Shown here one piece after another: positions 13,509-29,040 of a stretch of DNA of 64,000 bases; positions within the stretch are counted from its first letter, which is position 1, and each line of letters starts with the position of its first letter. The stretch is from Chrysomallon squamiferum. Its lineage: Eukaryota; Animalia; Mollusca. The translations under genes were made by a program, and so were the position numbers. The stretch lies in NCBI GenBank assembly GCA_012295275.1, contig CM022669.1:16244001-16308000 (forward strand), read 5' to 3'. Under the pieces are notes generated by a model. That model had not been told where the DNA came from and made no database searches. It saw nothing but the letters and a program-made list of their open reading frames with translations.

Positions 13509-15394
13509 GATGGTGGTGGTGGGTGTTACTGTCGTCAAGAACATCGCTGTTAATGAAATGATCACTGTTTCATTATGGCTGTCATCATGGTCATCGTCGT
13601 AATGGTTTATTATCATCATTATTATTATTATTATTATTGATATCGTTCTTACTGTGATCATTATTATTATTATTAGTAGTAGTAGTAGTATTGTTGTTGT
13701 TGCTGTTGTTGTTAAAAGAAGAAAAGGAAAAGGAGAAGGTGATTTAAGAAAGTAAATATGAAGACAACGATAATTACAAATGAGTAATCAAAAGATGGTT
13801 GCAATAGTAGCAACAGAAGATAACTGAAGTGGTATCTTTAACAGTAATAGACGGCAGCAGTAGTACTTCTTGTTGTAGTAGTTTGAATAATAACAGCAGT
13901 AGTAGAAGAAAAGACGTAAGTCGTAGAAAAGATGTAAGACGTAGAAACTACAGACAAAATGACGCTAGTAAGAATTATATACTTTATATACATGTTTGAA
14001 AAAAAAGTAGTAAAAATCTGAAGAAAAAAAATAAAAAAGCCTTTCATTAGTATAATTATTAAGATGACACTTCATCTGGATATAACGAAAGCCTGCCCGG
14101 AACAACTGCCATGGACTAGTGTTATTGATTGGTGCGCGGATTGGTAACCGTCGCTGTCTTGAACTCCGAATTCGAGCTAATGACATTAGTCCAGCTCACT
14201 CAACCCATGGTGAACGTACACAAAGTGTGTCCTTAAAAGACATGCTTGTTTTTTTCTATTGCTTCTGATTTTCTTTTTTTTTTTTTTTTTTTTTTTTCTT
14301 TTTTTAATGAGAAAAAAAAGTATAATAGCTTATTAAACGGGGATTTTTTTCTCTAAGGAAAAAAATATGAAAATAATATTTATTTATTTTATATTTATTT
14401 TATTTTATTTTGTTTTATAATATTATGTTATTAGCCAAGAACATCCATATGTGTGGTGTCGCCTATATATAAAGAAGTGAATGTATTTATTTTATTTTAT
14501 TTTATTTTATTTTATTTTTTGTGTTCAACATATTATTTTTCTTCTTCTTAAATTTCTTATCTTAAACATATCTAATCTAATTTTGCCCTAAGCCTTCGAT
14601 TTTATTAAGACAAAAAAATAAATAAAAAATCACATTAAAGTGCGTGTAATATGAATTCCGTACTAAATCCATTACTAGCTTCAAACGTGACGAATAGATT
14701 TTTATTTTAATAATAAAATTCCATGTTTTTCGCTTACTTTAATATTTAAGTCCATCACCGAGTGACGCATGCGTATAGTGGCTCTGTACTTGCAAAAACG
14801 CTTGGTACGATAAGTACCCTAATTAGCGTATCAAGAATGATTGATGTTGCAACTTGTCCTTGAGCTGGAGTCCGTCATATTACCTATGATTTACGTTAAA
14901 TATACGGTGATTATAAATTAAATAAACAGGTTGATTAATTCCGAAATCTGAAACGCTCCAATGCTTTTTTTTTTGCGAGCTTCAGAAGTAGTCATATCTT
15001 ACCGTTTTTTGCGATTGCTTTGCAAACACAAACTTTATTTAATGCACAAAATTATTTAAAAAAAAAAAAAAAGATTAAATAAAAATCATAATGATTTTTG
15101 CAGAAAGCTAGGTGTCTGTGAAATGTAGACGGAATTCGTATTTAGACTTAGATCCTATTTTCAGGTTATATCGTCTTATATTCCAAAATCCGAAACAGCA
15201 TTTCGTATAAAGGAACCTCAATCTTTAGTTATACCTATATATGCCAAGAAAATATGGAGTCATTCCTGCCAGAAAACAGTTCATTTTAAATTAAGTATTA
15301 CATAAGAAAATGTAAGTAATGCAATTTGTTATCTATGTTATATGTTAAAATACAACGAAGTAATTACTTTCAATTTTATATAATAATAATAATA

Positions 15395-15427
<33 letters not shown>

Positions 15428-15765
15428 AAATGAAGATGATGAAAATGAAGATGATGAAAATATTGATAAAAAGAAGAAAAGAGGTAGCAGAAATGTAACA
15501 ACAAACAGAAATTAACGAAAAACTAAATTGTATTCCGAAAACTACCGAAATAAAACGAGCACCGCCGAGCAAGATACTCCGATATTTATTGCTACGGCTA
15601 AACGGAAACTTAGACAAACGTGTGCACCAATTATCTACATCCATCAGCGGAGGACTAATCTTGATCAGTATAAATGAGATAACCAGGTAATATAGCAATA
15701 AACTATCATACAAAGGAAAAAGATAATGAGAACTCTATTCTTCAAGCTCTCCATCAGAATGGCTT

Positions 15766-15798
<33 letters not shown>

Positions 15799-16248
15799 TC
15801 TATTCAAGGAGAGATAACGTTAATGGTGAAATCTATTGTGCTTGGAAAGTTACGTCATTATGTCTTTCATTTTTTTTTTTTTTTTTTTTTTTGTTCATTG
15901 TTTTAAATAGAGTAGTGTTGTTTTTCTCCTTGCTATAATGCTATAACTTCGAAAGTCGAATGAATGAATGCGTCATTATTCATCAAAGGATAAAAAGAAC
16001 GAGAGAGAGAGAAAATTTTTTTTTATAGCCATTTTTAAATTCCTTATGTATTTTTTTATTTATTTAATTTAATTTAATTTAATTTAATTTAATTTTTTTT
16101 TATTTTGTGTGTTAGTTTTTTTGGTTGTTTTTTTTTTTTTTTTTTTTTTTTTTTTCCTTTGTAAGAGGCAAAGATAATATTTGGCAATAAAACTAAAAGC
16201 AATTCTTTCCATGGGGAAATGTGAAAGAATTCTTTGGAATCGATAATA

Positions 16249-16291
<43 letters not shown>

Positions 16292-16883
16292 AAAGAAATG
16301 AAGAGAAATGAAGAGATGTAAAAACGTAAAAACAAAAGAACAAGAAATGTTTAAAAATGATTAAAAATTAGTTACCATCGATTGATTAATTAATTAGGAG
16401 ATGAATCTAATCTTATTTTTGAGACAGGTGATAATGGACTGAACACAGCTAAATGACATTTAAAATCCAATTCAAATAAATATTTCTTTCATTATCTGTT
16501 AAAAACCAACAACAGCAGCAGTAGCAACTATAACAACAAGAATAAGAATACGAATATTAAGACTTCTTATGGGTTTTTAATATGCTATTAAACTGCGGTT
16601 TCGAAAATATATCGATATTAACAGTAATATTAGTGTATGTGTGTATGCATATATGAGTGTGTGTGTGTATGTGTGTATGTGTGAGCCATTGAGTGTGAGC
16701 CATTGGTCTCAATACTAAGTTTAGTATATAACATTATACACAGATAAATACACAGATAAATAGACAGACACACACAGAGAGAGACTCAGTTATTTATTCT
16801 TAGTATTATTTTTAAAAATACAGCAAAAAATCATGAATTAAATTTACTTCTGCATTTTACGTGACATTTAAAAAAATAGAAAC

Positions 16884-16996
<113 letters not shown>

Positions 16997-17446
16997 GATG
17001 TTCTTATTTCATATGCTCTGTAGGTGATGAACTACGTATGCGGAATATGATAAAACTAATTTTCGTTCAGCATCTGTTTTTCTCTTTTGGATTTGAAATT
17101 ATTCAATAGGTTGCCTTCAGTAAATAACAGCAATATTAGCAGCAGTAGTAATAGTAGTAGTAGTAATATTGCTAGCAGCAAAAGCAGTGGTGGTAATAAG
17201 AAACAGTCGTGTAATAATTCCCGTGAACGGCAACGTGATCGAGCCAAAGATGTATCTACAGAATTATATAATAGCTAATGTTTCACAAAATGATGCCACG
17301 GAAAAAGAAAAACGATTATGATTACGATGATGATGACGATTATGTCAATGAAAATAAAGCAATAGAGGAGAATATCAGAAGAATATGATAATTATGAAAA
17401 CAGAATGATTGTGGTTGAACAGTATTGGTAATTCTGGTAGCAGTAT

Positions 17447-17447
<1 letters not shown>

Positions 17448-17508
<61 letters not shown>
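17448..17508. repeat. (GTA)n microsatellite
   Basis: Perfect run. Confidence 0.95.
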
Positions 17509-19114
17509 CAAGTAGTATCTGTTGCAGTAGTAAGAGCAGTTAGTAATGATCGCAGTAGAGTGGTAGACAAACAAAAAGAAAATGAAAATTAGAGCGAGGA
17601 GTAGTACAAGATGTCGACAATGATAATGAGGACGACGATGTTGATGATGATGACGACGATAATGAAGATGTTGAAGGAAACAATAAGATCAAAGATGCTT
17701 TTCTCAATTTTCTCTCTTTCCTAAAATGGTTTGAGTCAATATTTGTACTGTGTAGCGAACATAATTATCGAAATATATTCTGAATAACAGAAACTCAGTA
17801 ATATGAGAAAGGACATTCTATTAAGAGTCTAAAATTCTCAAGACGTTCTTTGTAAGATAAAACAGTGTTAGGTAATAAATACAACGTTAATTTAAAACGA
17901 CAGTACACTGGATAATACCATGGAGTAGAAAAGTAATACATTTTGACCGAGAAAAGGAAAGAAAAGAACCAATAATTACGTAAAGAAAGAAAGAAAGGAA
18001 AATATTAATACTCGCTACAAAATACTTACAAAACAAAAACGGAAAGTGAGTAAAAAATAATTAAACCATCTGCATCAAGATTAAATTGAATATAATTATG
18101 ACCGAAACGAACAATGAACAATACATGCACAATTATTTAAAAAAAAAAAAAAAAAAACACTGTGTAAATCACCTACCCTTATCCAACAATCATCGTAAAA
18201 ATCTTCGTGCAAGTAAGACGCAAATAAAAATATTGCTGCAAGACGCCTGAGTTCATATGGACTGCCTGACTGCGTACTTCCCTACAGTTGCAACTCAAGC
18301 CACCTGGCTATGCTTTCGGCAGGTTTATCAAGCAGTAGGGAAAACTGTTGACAGTTTTATAACCATGACGTGAGCGATATGATGTAGGAAGTAAAATATC
18401 CGCTCGCGAAGAAGAATGCATGTAAAGGGAAGGCACTCTATTAAACGACGGAGGTTTCTAGAATATTGTTTATTTCCTTTCTGTTTCTTTAAAACAAAGC
18501 CAGTTTTAAATGATCGAGAGAGAATTTAAATATCGCTTCGTGTTAAAGAGAAACTGTATGTTGACAGTTTGTATCTAACATAACAGAACACTTTTAATGG
18601 ACTTATGGATTATTCAACTTCACCTGTTCATTTTTAAAACGTATAATGAGATAACCATGTCTTTATAATGATACTGCTACTGTAACATTAGTTTTGCCAG
18701 ACTGTTATTTCGTCCGAAACGAGTCAAATATATTACACTACGGTCACTGACAGAAAAATAAATGAACTTTTCATAGAATTGTCAGCACGAATTGACAGAT
18801 GCATGTGAATTGAAGCAACGAGCGACAAAATTTGAGACACAGTGTTATTTCCGATTATAGAAATGTTTTCCGCTGACCTTTCTAACGTCAGCAAGAAAAT
18901 TTCCGTTCCTCCTTTCACAATGATAGAGGAATTTATTAATGACACAGTAAACACAGGATGGATATGATCGATAGACAGACAGAAAGACAGTCTGACAGAG
19001 AGATAGACAGATAAGACGCATAAGATGGAGAGATAAACAGTCAGTATGACTAATATAAAATAAACTAGGATTAAACATATTCACAATTTTTACGTCACAG
19101 GAAAAACGAAAATA

Positions 19115-19153
<39 letters not shown>

Positions 19154-20199
19154 TGTGTACACATACACATATATATGCATACCTATACATACATAAACCT
19201 GTATAATTATCATTTCTTTAGAGATTGATTGCTACCGACTGAGAAGGATAGTATAAACTTAGAACAATGTCTGCAGTCTACAACTTTCTCACTTGTTTTA
19301 TATATATATTTATATTCACAAAACACAGTTGTTATAATTTCATTTAAGATAAACAAACACAACAGGGTATTCAAATCTGGAGATCATCTCGTATATTTTG
19401 ATGCTGTCTAAACTGACTGTCTGATCTCGATCGATTGCAAAAGGTAGATAATTCAATTGAAGCGATTGGCCTGACTGATACATTATTTATGAAACACTTG
19501 CCACAGTTTAGAGAGAGACGATTCATGACACACAGTTCAACAGCGAGAATTGTCTTTTGCCAGAGGAGCCTTTCAGCGGCACCAGCAAGAGAAATGTATG
19601 CAGAAGCGCGCAATGCTTTTATCTTAATGTGCAGGACAAATATACTTGGTTTCTGAAAGGCCCGAACTGAATTCATTTCCCTAAGAAGTGTTTTCGAATC
19701 AATTTTACTGATAGACTTAATGCCAGCCGTATAATGGAATAAGTGCTACTCCGATTACTAGCAAAGTATGGCGACGTTTTCTTTTTGTAATAATTAAAAG
19801 TCCAAAGACGGACGTCGTGAAGGAAGGAAGAAGAGAAGAAAAGCTTATGAAACAGACACTATTATTTTTATTGTTACGAATGCGGGCTATTCCCCAATAA
19901 CATCCGAGATCTTAAAAGAGATGTAAAGGAATAAAAGGTGATTTGCTGATAGCTGCTGTTTGTTAAATATATGTTAAGGTGTTATGAAGATTTAATACTG
20001 AATATCACGTTCATTTTCTGTATCTGCATATATTATGTTTATCCGTAGATATCTTCGTTTGTCGTTCTCTATTTGTTTTTCTTTCTCTCTCTCTCATTTC
20101 CTCTCTCTATTTCTCTCTTCTCTCTCTTTGAGTCTGTCTGTCTATCTACTTATCAATGTATATATATCTCTCTATCCATACATACATACATATACATAC

Positions 20200-20242
<43 letters not shown>

Positions 20243-21168
20243 TATATTGAAAATGTACTTTTGTTCAGAAAAACTGTGATTTTAAAACAAAAGAAAAACA
20301 TCAGCTCTGTCTAGGCATTTACATCATTAGCATCAACGGCCACTTTGCATCGCATTTATATTTATATAACTTTCAAATCAGACACCAGCGTATTCATCAT
20401 TGTCATCCCTGAAGCTATGAGTTATTCGAGACATTAAACAGAAGCGGAAACAAAAGACTCGAAAAGATTAACAAAACAGCGGAGTGAAACATCATTACGT
20501 CAAAATAAAGTTTCGTGACTAATGTATCTTCCTGCACGTTGTGGCAAATAAGTAAATCACTTTGTGACAACCGCTGACAAAACCGTATTATAAAAGTCTG
20601 TATGATAATTGCATGAAATAAATTTTCACCCCGACCCCTCCCCGTCGAATTCTGAGCTAGTCTCGCGATGTGTCTTTGAGATTTAAATCACAACGACATG
20701 CTATGAAATATTACCCCCACAGGCTCAGTTATTAAAACGGTGACCTAGCTAATTTCGTGCATATCGCAATACTCCAGTGAACAAGAAGAGCTTTATGTGT
20801 GTGCAGCGAGTTTTGAAGAGACGTATCTCGTTCTGTTATTATGTTACGAAATTATCTAAGAGTTTTAACATTAAGAAGCGAAAAAAAAAAAAAAAAAAAA
20901 AAAAACCAACAACAACAATTTAAGTATAAGAAAAGAAAGAAAGAATAGAAAATACAATACGGATAGATAAATAACAGTTTGACTTTTCAAACTTTTCATG
21001 TTCTGCTGACTGAGAACATTTTTGAAAGACGTAAAAGAAATATGATATTTATTTATTTATTTATTTATTTATTTATTCGTTGATTCGTTCGTTTCTATAT
21101 GTATGAAATTTGTGAAACTTGGCCGTAGGCTTTTTAATTATTTCATCCATTAATTTAATTTTTCAGAC

Positions 21169-21211
<43 letters not shown>

Positions 21212-22019
21212 TTTCAGAAATCACGTCGACTGAAACACAGCACGATAATGTATTCTTGACACCCAGGCACCAGCAGTTATCAAACGATGATATTTCACCT
21301 CTAATATTACCAAAAATATTCCATCAAATATCGACTTCATATCGCTTGTTTTCTTAAGGCTTTTAATAATTAGAAGCTATGAAAAATCTCCAGGCGTTTT
21401 ACCTTGTTAATTATACAGGTTCGGTTTGTTTCCGAAAGAAACCCAACCCCGCATCAAAACCCCAAGGGGGTGTGCTGAAAGGTCAGTACAGCTAAAGTGC
21501 GTACAACTGGCTCATTACACAACAGGCAAGTGGCGCAATACTAAATATATACTGCTCGAAATAATTAATGCTTTCGACAGAATATAATTGGCATTCTGAT
21601 TGTTTTTATTTTTACGAGCTGACAGCCTTTCCGCGTTGGTGTTATATAATTTTTTTACTAAATATTTCTGCTAATAACGAAGAAGGTGAAGAAAAAGAAA
21701 GGAAAAATGAAGTCAAAAGGTTGCAAATCAAGTATGGATCTTAACATTTGCGAAAAAAAAAGAGTGTGATTAAAAGAGGATCGAGAATGCTTATGTTTGT
21801 AGGCGTATGTCTCTTTTTACCTCTGTATGTATATATGCATGTATGTATATGTGTGTGTTGTGTGATATATATATATATACACTCATACATACATACATGC
21901 ATATATATGGGTATATGTGGAGGGGCCTATCTCTAAAATTATACGAAGAGAAACTTCCGAAGCGGACAGTTGCTTTACTAATCTATATTTTCTTGAAATA
22001 TACTGATAACTGATCTTTT

Positions 22020-22052
<33 letters not shown>

Positions 22053-22755
22053 CAGAAGGAAAAACAAAGAAAGAAATATCATCATCATGATAATAATAAT
22101 AATAAAAAGTTGCGCATGACGTCACTTTAAACCATTCCGGTATATTTAAACAATAACGTCAATTATTTTCTATTTCAGTTCTCCTCTGTTTGCACTTACG
22201 ATATTCTTGCTTATCTGTTTTCACATTATTTTCAGATTCAGTGCAAATATCGGTTTCTGATGTCGTATACGTTTAGCGGCATTGGCATATCAATTCCGAA
22301 TCGTCATCAGTCAATTTTATCATGACGTTAGTTCTTCTAACTAGTCAGATTAACGCATCGGTTGGTCAGGTATACGTGTTGTAATAGTGGCGAATTAGAA
22401 TTTTACAGCAAATGAAACAGATGACAACAAAAACGAATACTTGTATCTATTAGTTCAGTGGAATTTACGACGGATCAGTTTACAGCGCTAATTGATTTTA
22501 TATGTTAACAAAATGTCGCCGAACTATTCTTGTATGCTGCGTAATCTGATATCTTCTTATTAAAATATATATGTATATATATCTATCTATCAGATAAATT
22601 GGAATTCAGTGCAAAGAAAGAGCATTCAAATATAAATATATATATATATATATATGTACATGTGTATATACACACACATACGCACTCATCGATACACACA
22701 CATACACACATATATCATACATATACATGCAGACACACAACATTTTTGCTTTTCT

Positions 22756-22860
<105 letters not shown>

Positions 22861-23291
22861 AGTTTGTCAACCTCAAATATTTTAACAATTAATGATGTCT
22901 GCTATCCTGGGCGCGACTGTATAAGTCGCACTATTGTCAAAATTTATGCAAATGTCATCAACTGAAAGTTTTAAAAACTGTCTTGTTCTCATGCCATGAA
23001 GTCAAATAAAAACGTATAACACCGCCTCCCATCCCAGAAGCAAGAAGAACAGGATGTAAATTATAAATTTCAGACGCAGTGACGTAGGCGTCATGACGTA
23101 GGTTAAGATGACTGTATCTCCTGAGGCGAAAAACAAGAAGAAAAAAAAGACCATGAGAATCAGCTTCAGTAACTCCCAGTGCCTCTCAATTCAAGGAAAT
23201 AACTGTAAAATAATTCGCGGGTGACGTTTCTTTTTTTATTTTATTTTTAATTTTTTAATTTTTTTGTATTATTTTTTTTTTTTTTTTTTTT

Positions 23292-23328
<37 letters not shown>

Positions 23329-23370
23329 TTTGACGATCCGCAGGTCGTTCTACTGGAATACAGATACGAA

Positions 23371-23404
<34 letters not shown>

Positions 23405-24056
23405 CTTTTCTTTTTGACGTAAATTGCAACTTGTTTTCGTTGTAAAACAGGTGGATGAATTAGTACTTGCGTTTATTAATGTCGAAAGAATGTCAAGTAT
23501 TTGTGTACAGTCTCGGGTCATCGAATAACTTATTAGTCAAACTGTAAGTACGTACTTATTGGACAGTGGTAAAGGTACGCGGCATATATACTCTTGAGTG
23601 AAAATCAGAGTGAAAACTGAAAAGGAAATATAAATCGTTCTCTAACAAGGCGCAAGAGCAAAATATTAAAAAAAAAGAAGAATAATGATGACTGAAAAAC
23701 CCCCAAGATAATACAAAAAATAAATGTAAATAGAGAGATATAGAGATATTTAGACAGATGGCTAGAGAGAGAGAAAAATAGTTCAATAGGTAGATCGATA
23801 GATGGATGCACAGATAAGAGAGATAGAGAGATATATATAATCAGTTAATGGATAGATAGATAGATATTTAGAGATATAGGTAGATAGAAAGATAGATGTA
23901 TATAGATATCGTAGAATTAGCAGTATACTGTACAACTTTAATATCACAACTCGAAGACTAATCTATTCGGAATAGGTATATAACAATTGCTGCAACGGAT
24001 ATAATATTCAAGGTAAAATTATATATAGTGATATATACACAGACACACACACACAG

Positions 24057-24090
<34 letters not shown>

Positions 24091-26256
24091 TAGTTAATGT
24101 TCCTGGCTCTTCACGTATTGACCTGTGCATCTTTATCGTCAAGAATATTATTAGTTGCAGGTTCGATTTCATGTCATTTTAATTTGATTAACATCATCAG
24201 AATAGTACAGAGAAGCAGGCTAGTGTTGTCTGAAAAGATATTGCGGAGGGGTAACAGACGACTACAGTGATGCTACACATTCAAAATTCACTTTCTGCTG
24301 AAGCGTTCACCGCAATCTAATCTTGTATTACCAATCTTGACATGCGTTCATGTAGAAACATTCGCTCGCTGTGTGTACGTAATTCATATTTACACTGTAA
24401 CGGTATCTCGTAGAAATAGATCGGACACGTAACAAGAGCAGCAGTGTCTAAACAAAGCGCACAGATAAACATTCCTTTGACATTCGTTCAGTGTGTGTTT
24501 CCGGAGTGGACGGCGGAGTTTCGTATTTACAGCGTTTGGCACTTGAGTGTATTATTCAACGCTCAAAGTGATCGCGTAATACGAAATTTTGCCAAAAAGT
24601 CCTGGATGGAAGTTAGTTACGTGTTTTCCAAAAAAAAAAAAAAAAAAAAAAAGGTAATTGAGGATGGTTAGTTATTTTAAATATTTTAACTAATTAGTCG
24701 GAAAGAAATGTTGCTTCTGCAGCTCGTCTTTGTCGCGCACAAACACGAACCACTTGTGTGTGGGTTTTTGTATTGCTGGATCAGAAGAAACAAGAGTCGT
24801 TACACTGTGCAGGCTTTCTAAACATTCAGTAACACTGTACAGACAATTCTAATTACCATTTTACGTTTAAAAAAACGTCATAATGCAATAGGAAGAAACC
24901 TGCTACTACGTCATACGCTTACTCTTTTTAAGATTACTTGAGGTTCATTAGCTGGAACGTGAAATAACGAGGAAGGTCGATCCTTCAGCTGAAGTAAAAT
25001 ATCAGATTCTTTTCTTTTTTTTTTTTTTTTTTTTTTTTCTCTCTCTTTTCTCCGTCTTTGTCAGTAAAGAAAAAAAAAGAGATGCTCATCTGTAAAGAGA
25101 GATCATATTCATCACAATTAGACCCACGTCTTTTTCCTTCTCCAAGTACCAAAGGAACAATTAGAGGAATTCGGATCCAAACAAATGGGCAACTTGTCGC
25201 GAGGTATTAAGTAGCAGCGTTTAGCTGCGGACAGGCAGATGAACAAACAAACAGCGCGATACCGTCAGCGTCTTTAATTGCCTATCGATTTAACCACAAT
25301 ACCCATGGAATAATGATTAACTTGGTGATTACAACAAACCGTTGTAGTTTGCCAAACCCGACGACGGCGTTGTTATTGACGTTGTTGTCGGTGTATTTTT
25401 ATTATCCATCTGTAAAGTTGCTCAGATTGTCAGAAGCGAAATTATTTGGTGATGACGTAGGTGGCGGTGTTTGAATCGGTAATGATTATGGTGATGATGA
25501 TGACGATGATGATGATGATCTTGATGATGGTGATGGTGATGATGATGGTTGTGGCTAGATTTTGCGGTGCAGTAATGTTGTAACTGTTGATGATGATGAT
25601 GATGATGATGGTGTTGTGATTATTAAAAACTTTTAAAAAGTGTACATGACTGCAGTAATGATGATTACAATTACGACGATGATTATGATGGCGAAACCTT
25701 TATACTGCCCAGCTGATGTTAATAATCATTAATTTTCGAAACCGTTTACTATTAATGATTGTTTTGGTTGTGTACCTAAAACGAATTAGATAATGATCTT
25801 TATGATGACGATGATGGTGATGGTGACTAGTAAATGGACATTTTTTTTTTTACAACAATTAAGGCGATCAAAATACTGATAATTTCTATATTGTCTCCTT
25901 ACAAATTTTTACATCGGGTTATGATTATTTATTTGTCTGTCCGGGTTCACAGTTTAGTCTAAAATATGCCGTAGGCATCTGTTATCGAGTTTAACATCTA
26001 CTTCATTCAGTATTTGAAACATGAGGGAAATAGTTATTGCTTTTATCGACAAATTATATTGATCAGTCAAGATTATATTTCACATTACTTAATGGAGAAA
26101 GTGCAGATTAAATAATAGGATCGAAACAGTCCCTTGCGTCTGGAAGTAAAACAATGTTATTCCATGTATTAAGTACGAAGTTGTTATTTTAAACATCTGC
26201 TAAAAATAAGAATAAATGAAATCGGGTTTCAGACGTTATTATCAAGGTAATTAATA

Positions 26257-26515
26257 ATGATGAAGATTACGACGATGATGGTGGTGATGATGATGATGAT
26301 GATGATTACGACGATGATGGTGGTGATGATGATGATTACGATGATGATGATGATAAAGATGGAAAAGATGATAACAGTGACAATGATTATAATAATAACG
26401 ATAATGATAATTATAACGATTACCGTCGTGACGGTAATGATACTAACTATGATGACGATGATGGTAAACACCATTACGCTGTAATGGTGACGATGACGAC
26501 AACGATGATGATGAA
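26257..26515. repeat. Imperfect (GAT)n tract
   Basis: GAT/GAC/GGT triplet repeats. Confidence 0.85.
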
Positions 26516-26725
26516 GAAGTCGTGCTTTGGGCTATCGCCTACATCCAGAATGTTCTCGAGGTTGCTCTAAAATATCATCTAATAACTTCAAAGCTTTAAT
26601 GGCTTTGGGCTATATTTTTGTAGCTATGACTCACTGTGTTACATTTCGTGTTTTCTCCTACCACTAATCAACAAACAGTAGAGAAGAGTTATATTTTAAA
26701 ATCAGTTTTTTTTCTTAACCTTCTT

Positions 26726-26752
26726 ATAATAATAATAATAATAATAATAATA

Positions 26753-26814
<62 letters not shown>

Positions 26815-26840
26815 TACTACTATTATTATTATTATTATCA
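26726..26840. repeat. (AAT)n switching to (ATT)n microsatellite
   Basis: Head-to-head complementary triplet runs. Confidence 0.9.
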
Positions 26841-27004
26841 TTATCATCGTCATCGTTATTTTTTTATTTTTTTATTTATCTATTTATCTATTTATTGTTT
26901 CATTTGGTTTTCAACCTGAGGATATGAATTAATATTCATTATATAGTCTTCCGGGTCCATAAATATGAACGGTAAAATTAGTATATGTATTATTAAACAT
27001 ATAC

Positions 27005-27008
<4 letters not shown>

Positions 27009-27096
<88 letters not shown>
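27009..27096. repeat. (CT)n microsatellite
   Basis: Perfect run. Confidence 0.95.
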
Positions 27097-27099
<3 letters not shown>

Positions 27100-28163
27100 A
27101 TTTTTTTTCTTTCTGCAGTTGTTGTAATTCTATATCCTTTCGTCCTCCTTTATATATTATCAGTTATTTGTATGTACGTATATATGTACGTATACAGATA
27201 AAAATACAGCGTAAACCACTACACATATACTTCGCAAAATATAGCTAATTTTTATTTTACATTATTAAAAAGGAGAAAAAAAAAAAAAAATATGTAATTA
27301 ATTCCACCATACACAATGTGTTTTCTTTAGCGAATAATGTTTTTTTTTTTTTTATTTATTTATCATACGTCTAATCCACTGACGTCAAAAGAGAGTTAAC
27401 AGCACACAACGAACACACAGAACTAATGAATTTAAACAGCAGCCAGCTGAATGCAGTGAAACTTCGCAGTGAAACATGTCGAGTTATACCACAAGGCAGC
27501 TAGCTAGCCTAATACTCTGTATTTATTATTAATAAGAAGGTTGATGCAATATATTTAATTACCAATAAAACGTCGTGGGGCAATGAAAACGGAACGTGTG
27601 AAATATAATTAATCAGTTTGTGCTTATTCCTGTGAGATTTTTCCCTCAGCAGGATCAGGTAGGCGTTAATTTAAGTTTCGTTTTTCTTATAAAGCTGCCA
27701 GAAGTGTGAAGCATGATTGTTATTGCAGCAAAGTACAAATTAAAACCGAGAGAGGAAGGGACGATCATGTTCTTAATGAAATTTGGAAGATTTTGGCAAT
27801 TAGTTTCAGTATTCGAACCTGCATTTGAAGAGGAAGATGATGAAAAAGATGATGAGGTGAAGGAAGAATCAGGACAACAGATAACAGTTACAGAGTTTAC
27901 TTAGCGACTGATACAAATGTATATAGCAACACACATAAATATATACTCATATATATATATATGCATATACAAATACATACAATCACACACACACACATAC
28001 ATACATACATACATAGATACATACATACATATATACAAACATACAAATAAAAAATATGCATACATACACAAACAAATATATATATATATACACACATAAA
28101 CCTTTCACAGATTATCTCTGATATGCACAAACAACAGCAGTCTATCTACACAGCTTGTATGAC

Positions 28164-28165
<2 letters not shown>

Positions 28166-28229
<64 letters not shown>
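28166..28229. repeat. (CA)n microsatellite
   Basis: Perfect run. Confidence 0.95.
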
Positions 28230-28232
<3 letters not shown>

Positions 28233-28920
28233 AAGCAGCAAATTAAAGCAGGCAGTTTCAAAGGAATTTCAAGATTACGTCTTTTAGACCTACAGACATT
28301 TCTTTTCCTTTAATGTTAATTTTTCTGGATGGTTTTTTAAGTTGTGAAAAAAACACACGAAAATACCATCACATAATTGGTCCTCATCTCTGTGCTTCGC
28401 TTCAGGCAGCCGCCACAGATGTCGTGCCGCGGGTTTCTACTTCTTTCTTTTGCCACTTCAGGCGTGATCGCCAGTGAAGCGTGGTGTGTGAGAACGGTGC
28501 AAAACTCGGCTCTGGAGGAGACACGGTGCACTGGCGTCGTTTTTAAGCGGTGTTAACCTCACAGGATGCAATTTGCGCCTGTCGTTCGGGAATTGCAGTT
28601 AATTCCTCCAATCGCAGTATGTGCACCGAAGCATGTTCGATGTTAAGCAAATGTGATTTATTTATTTCTTTAATGGTACGGCAAGCGATATGAGAATTGG
28701 TCGTATAAAAGTATGTTTTTTTTTTGTTGTTGTTGTTGTTGTTGTTGATGTTTTGGGGGGGGTTTGTGGGTTTATTTTTTTTTTTTTGGAAACGAAGTGT
28801 GTAAATAATTTATTATTTTTCTTACGTGAGGTTTTGTGGCGGTCTAAATCATAAGAAGACGTGCTCAAGCAAATGTTTGTATTAATTCCAGTTCGTTTAT
28901 TTTATAATTGTGTTTGCAAA

Positions 28921-29040
28921 GAGCGAGCGGTAATCAGAGTGTATAGAGCATCATCAGCCTTACACGTGATGGGTCGCAGGATCGATCCAGTTCGCGGAGT
29001 GTATTGCGCTAATTACCATCCAAAACGAGATAAGCTACGA
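28921..29040 (+). mobile_element. Decayed tRNA-derived SINE head (putative)
   Basis: GGGTCGCAGGATCGATCC contains a Pol III B-box (GATCGATCC, 28980-28988) and resembles GGTCGCATGATCAATCC at 60593-60609. The A-box is eroded. Confidence 0.4.

Noticed and set aside
19371-19676. 101-aa and 73-aa overlapping ORFs in complex sequence
   Set aside because: No recognisable motif, codon bias or splice context; more consistent with a non-coding island.
24090-24175. Isolated B-box-like GGTTCGATTTC as a tRNA gene
   Set aside because: No cloverleaf or correctly spaced A-box; at most a heavily decayed SINE remnant.
27713-27904. 63-aa ORF with acidic tail after a TATAAAG
   Set aside because: The acidic part derives from GAT/GAA simple repeats and no homology is recognised.
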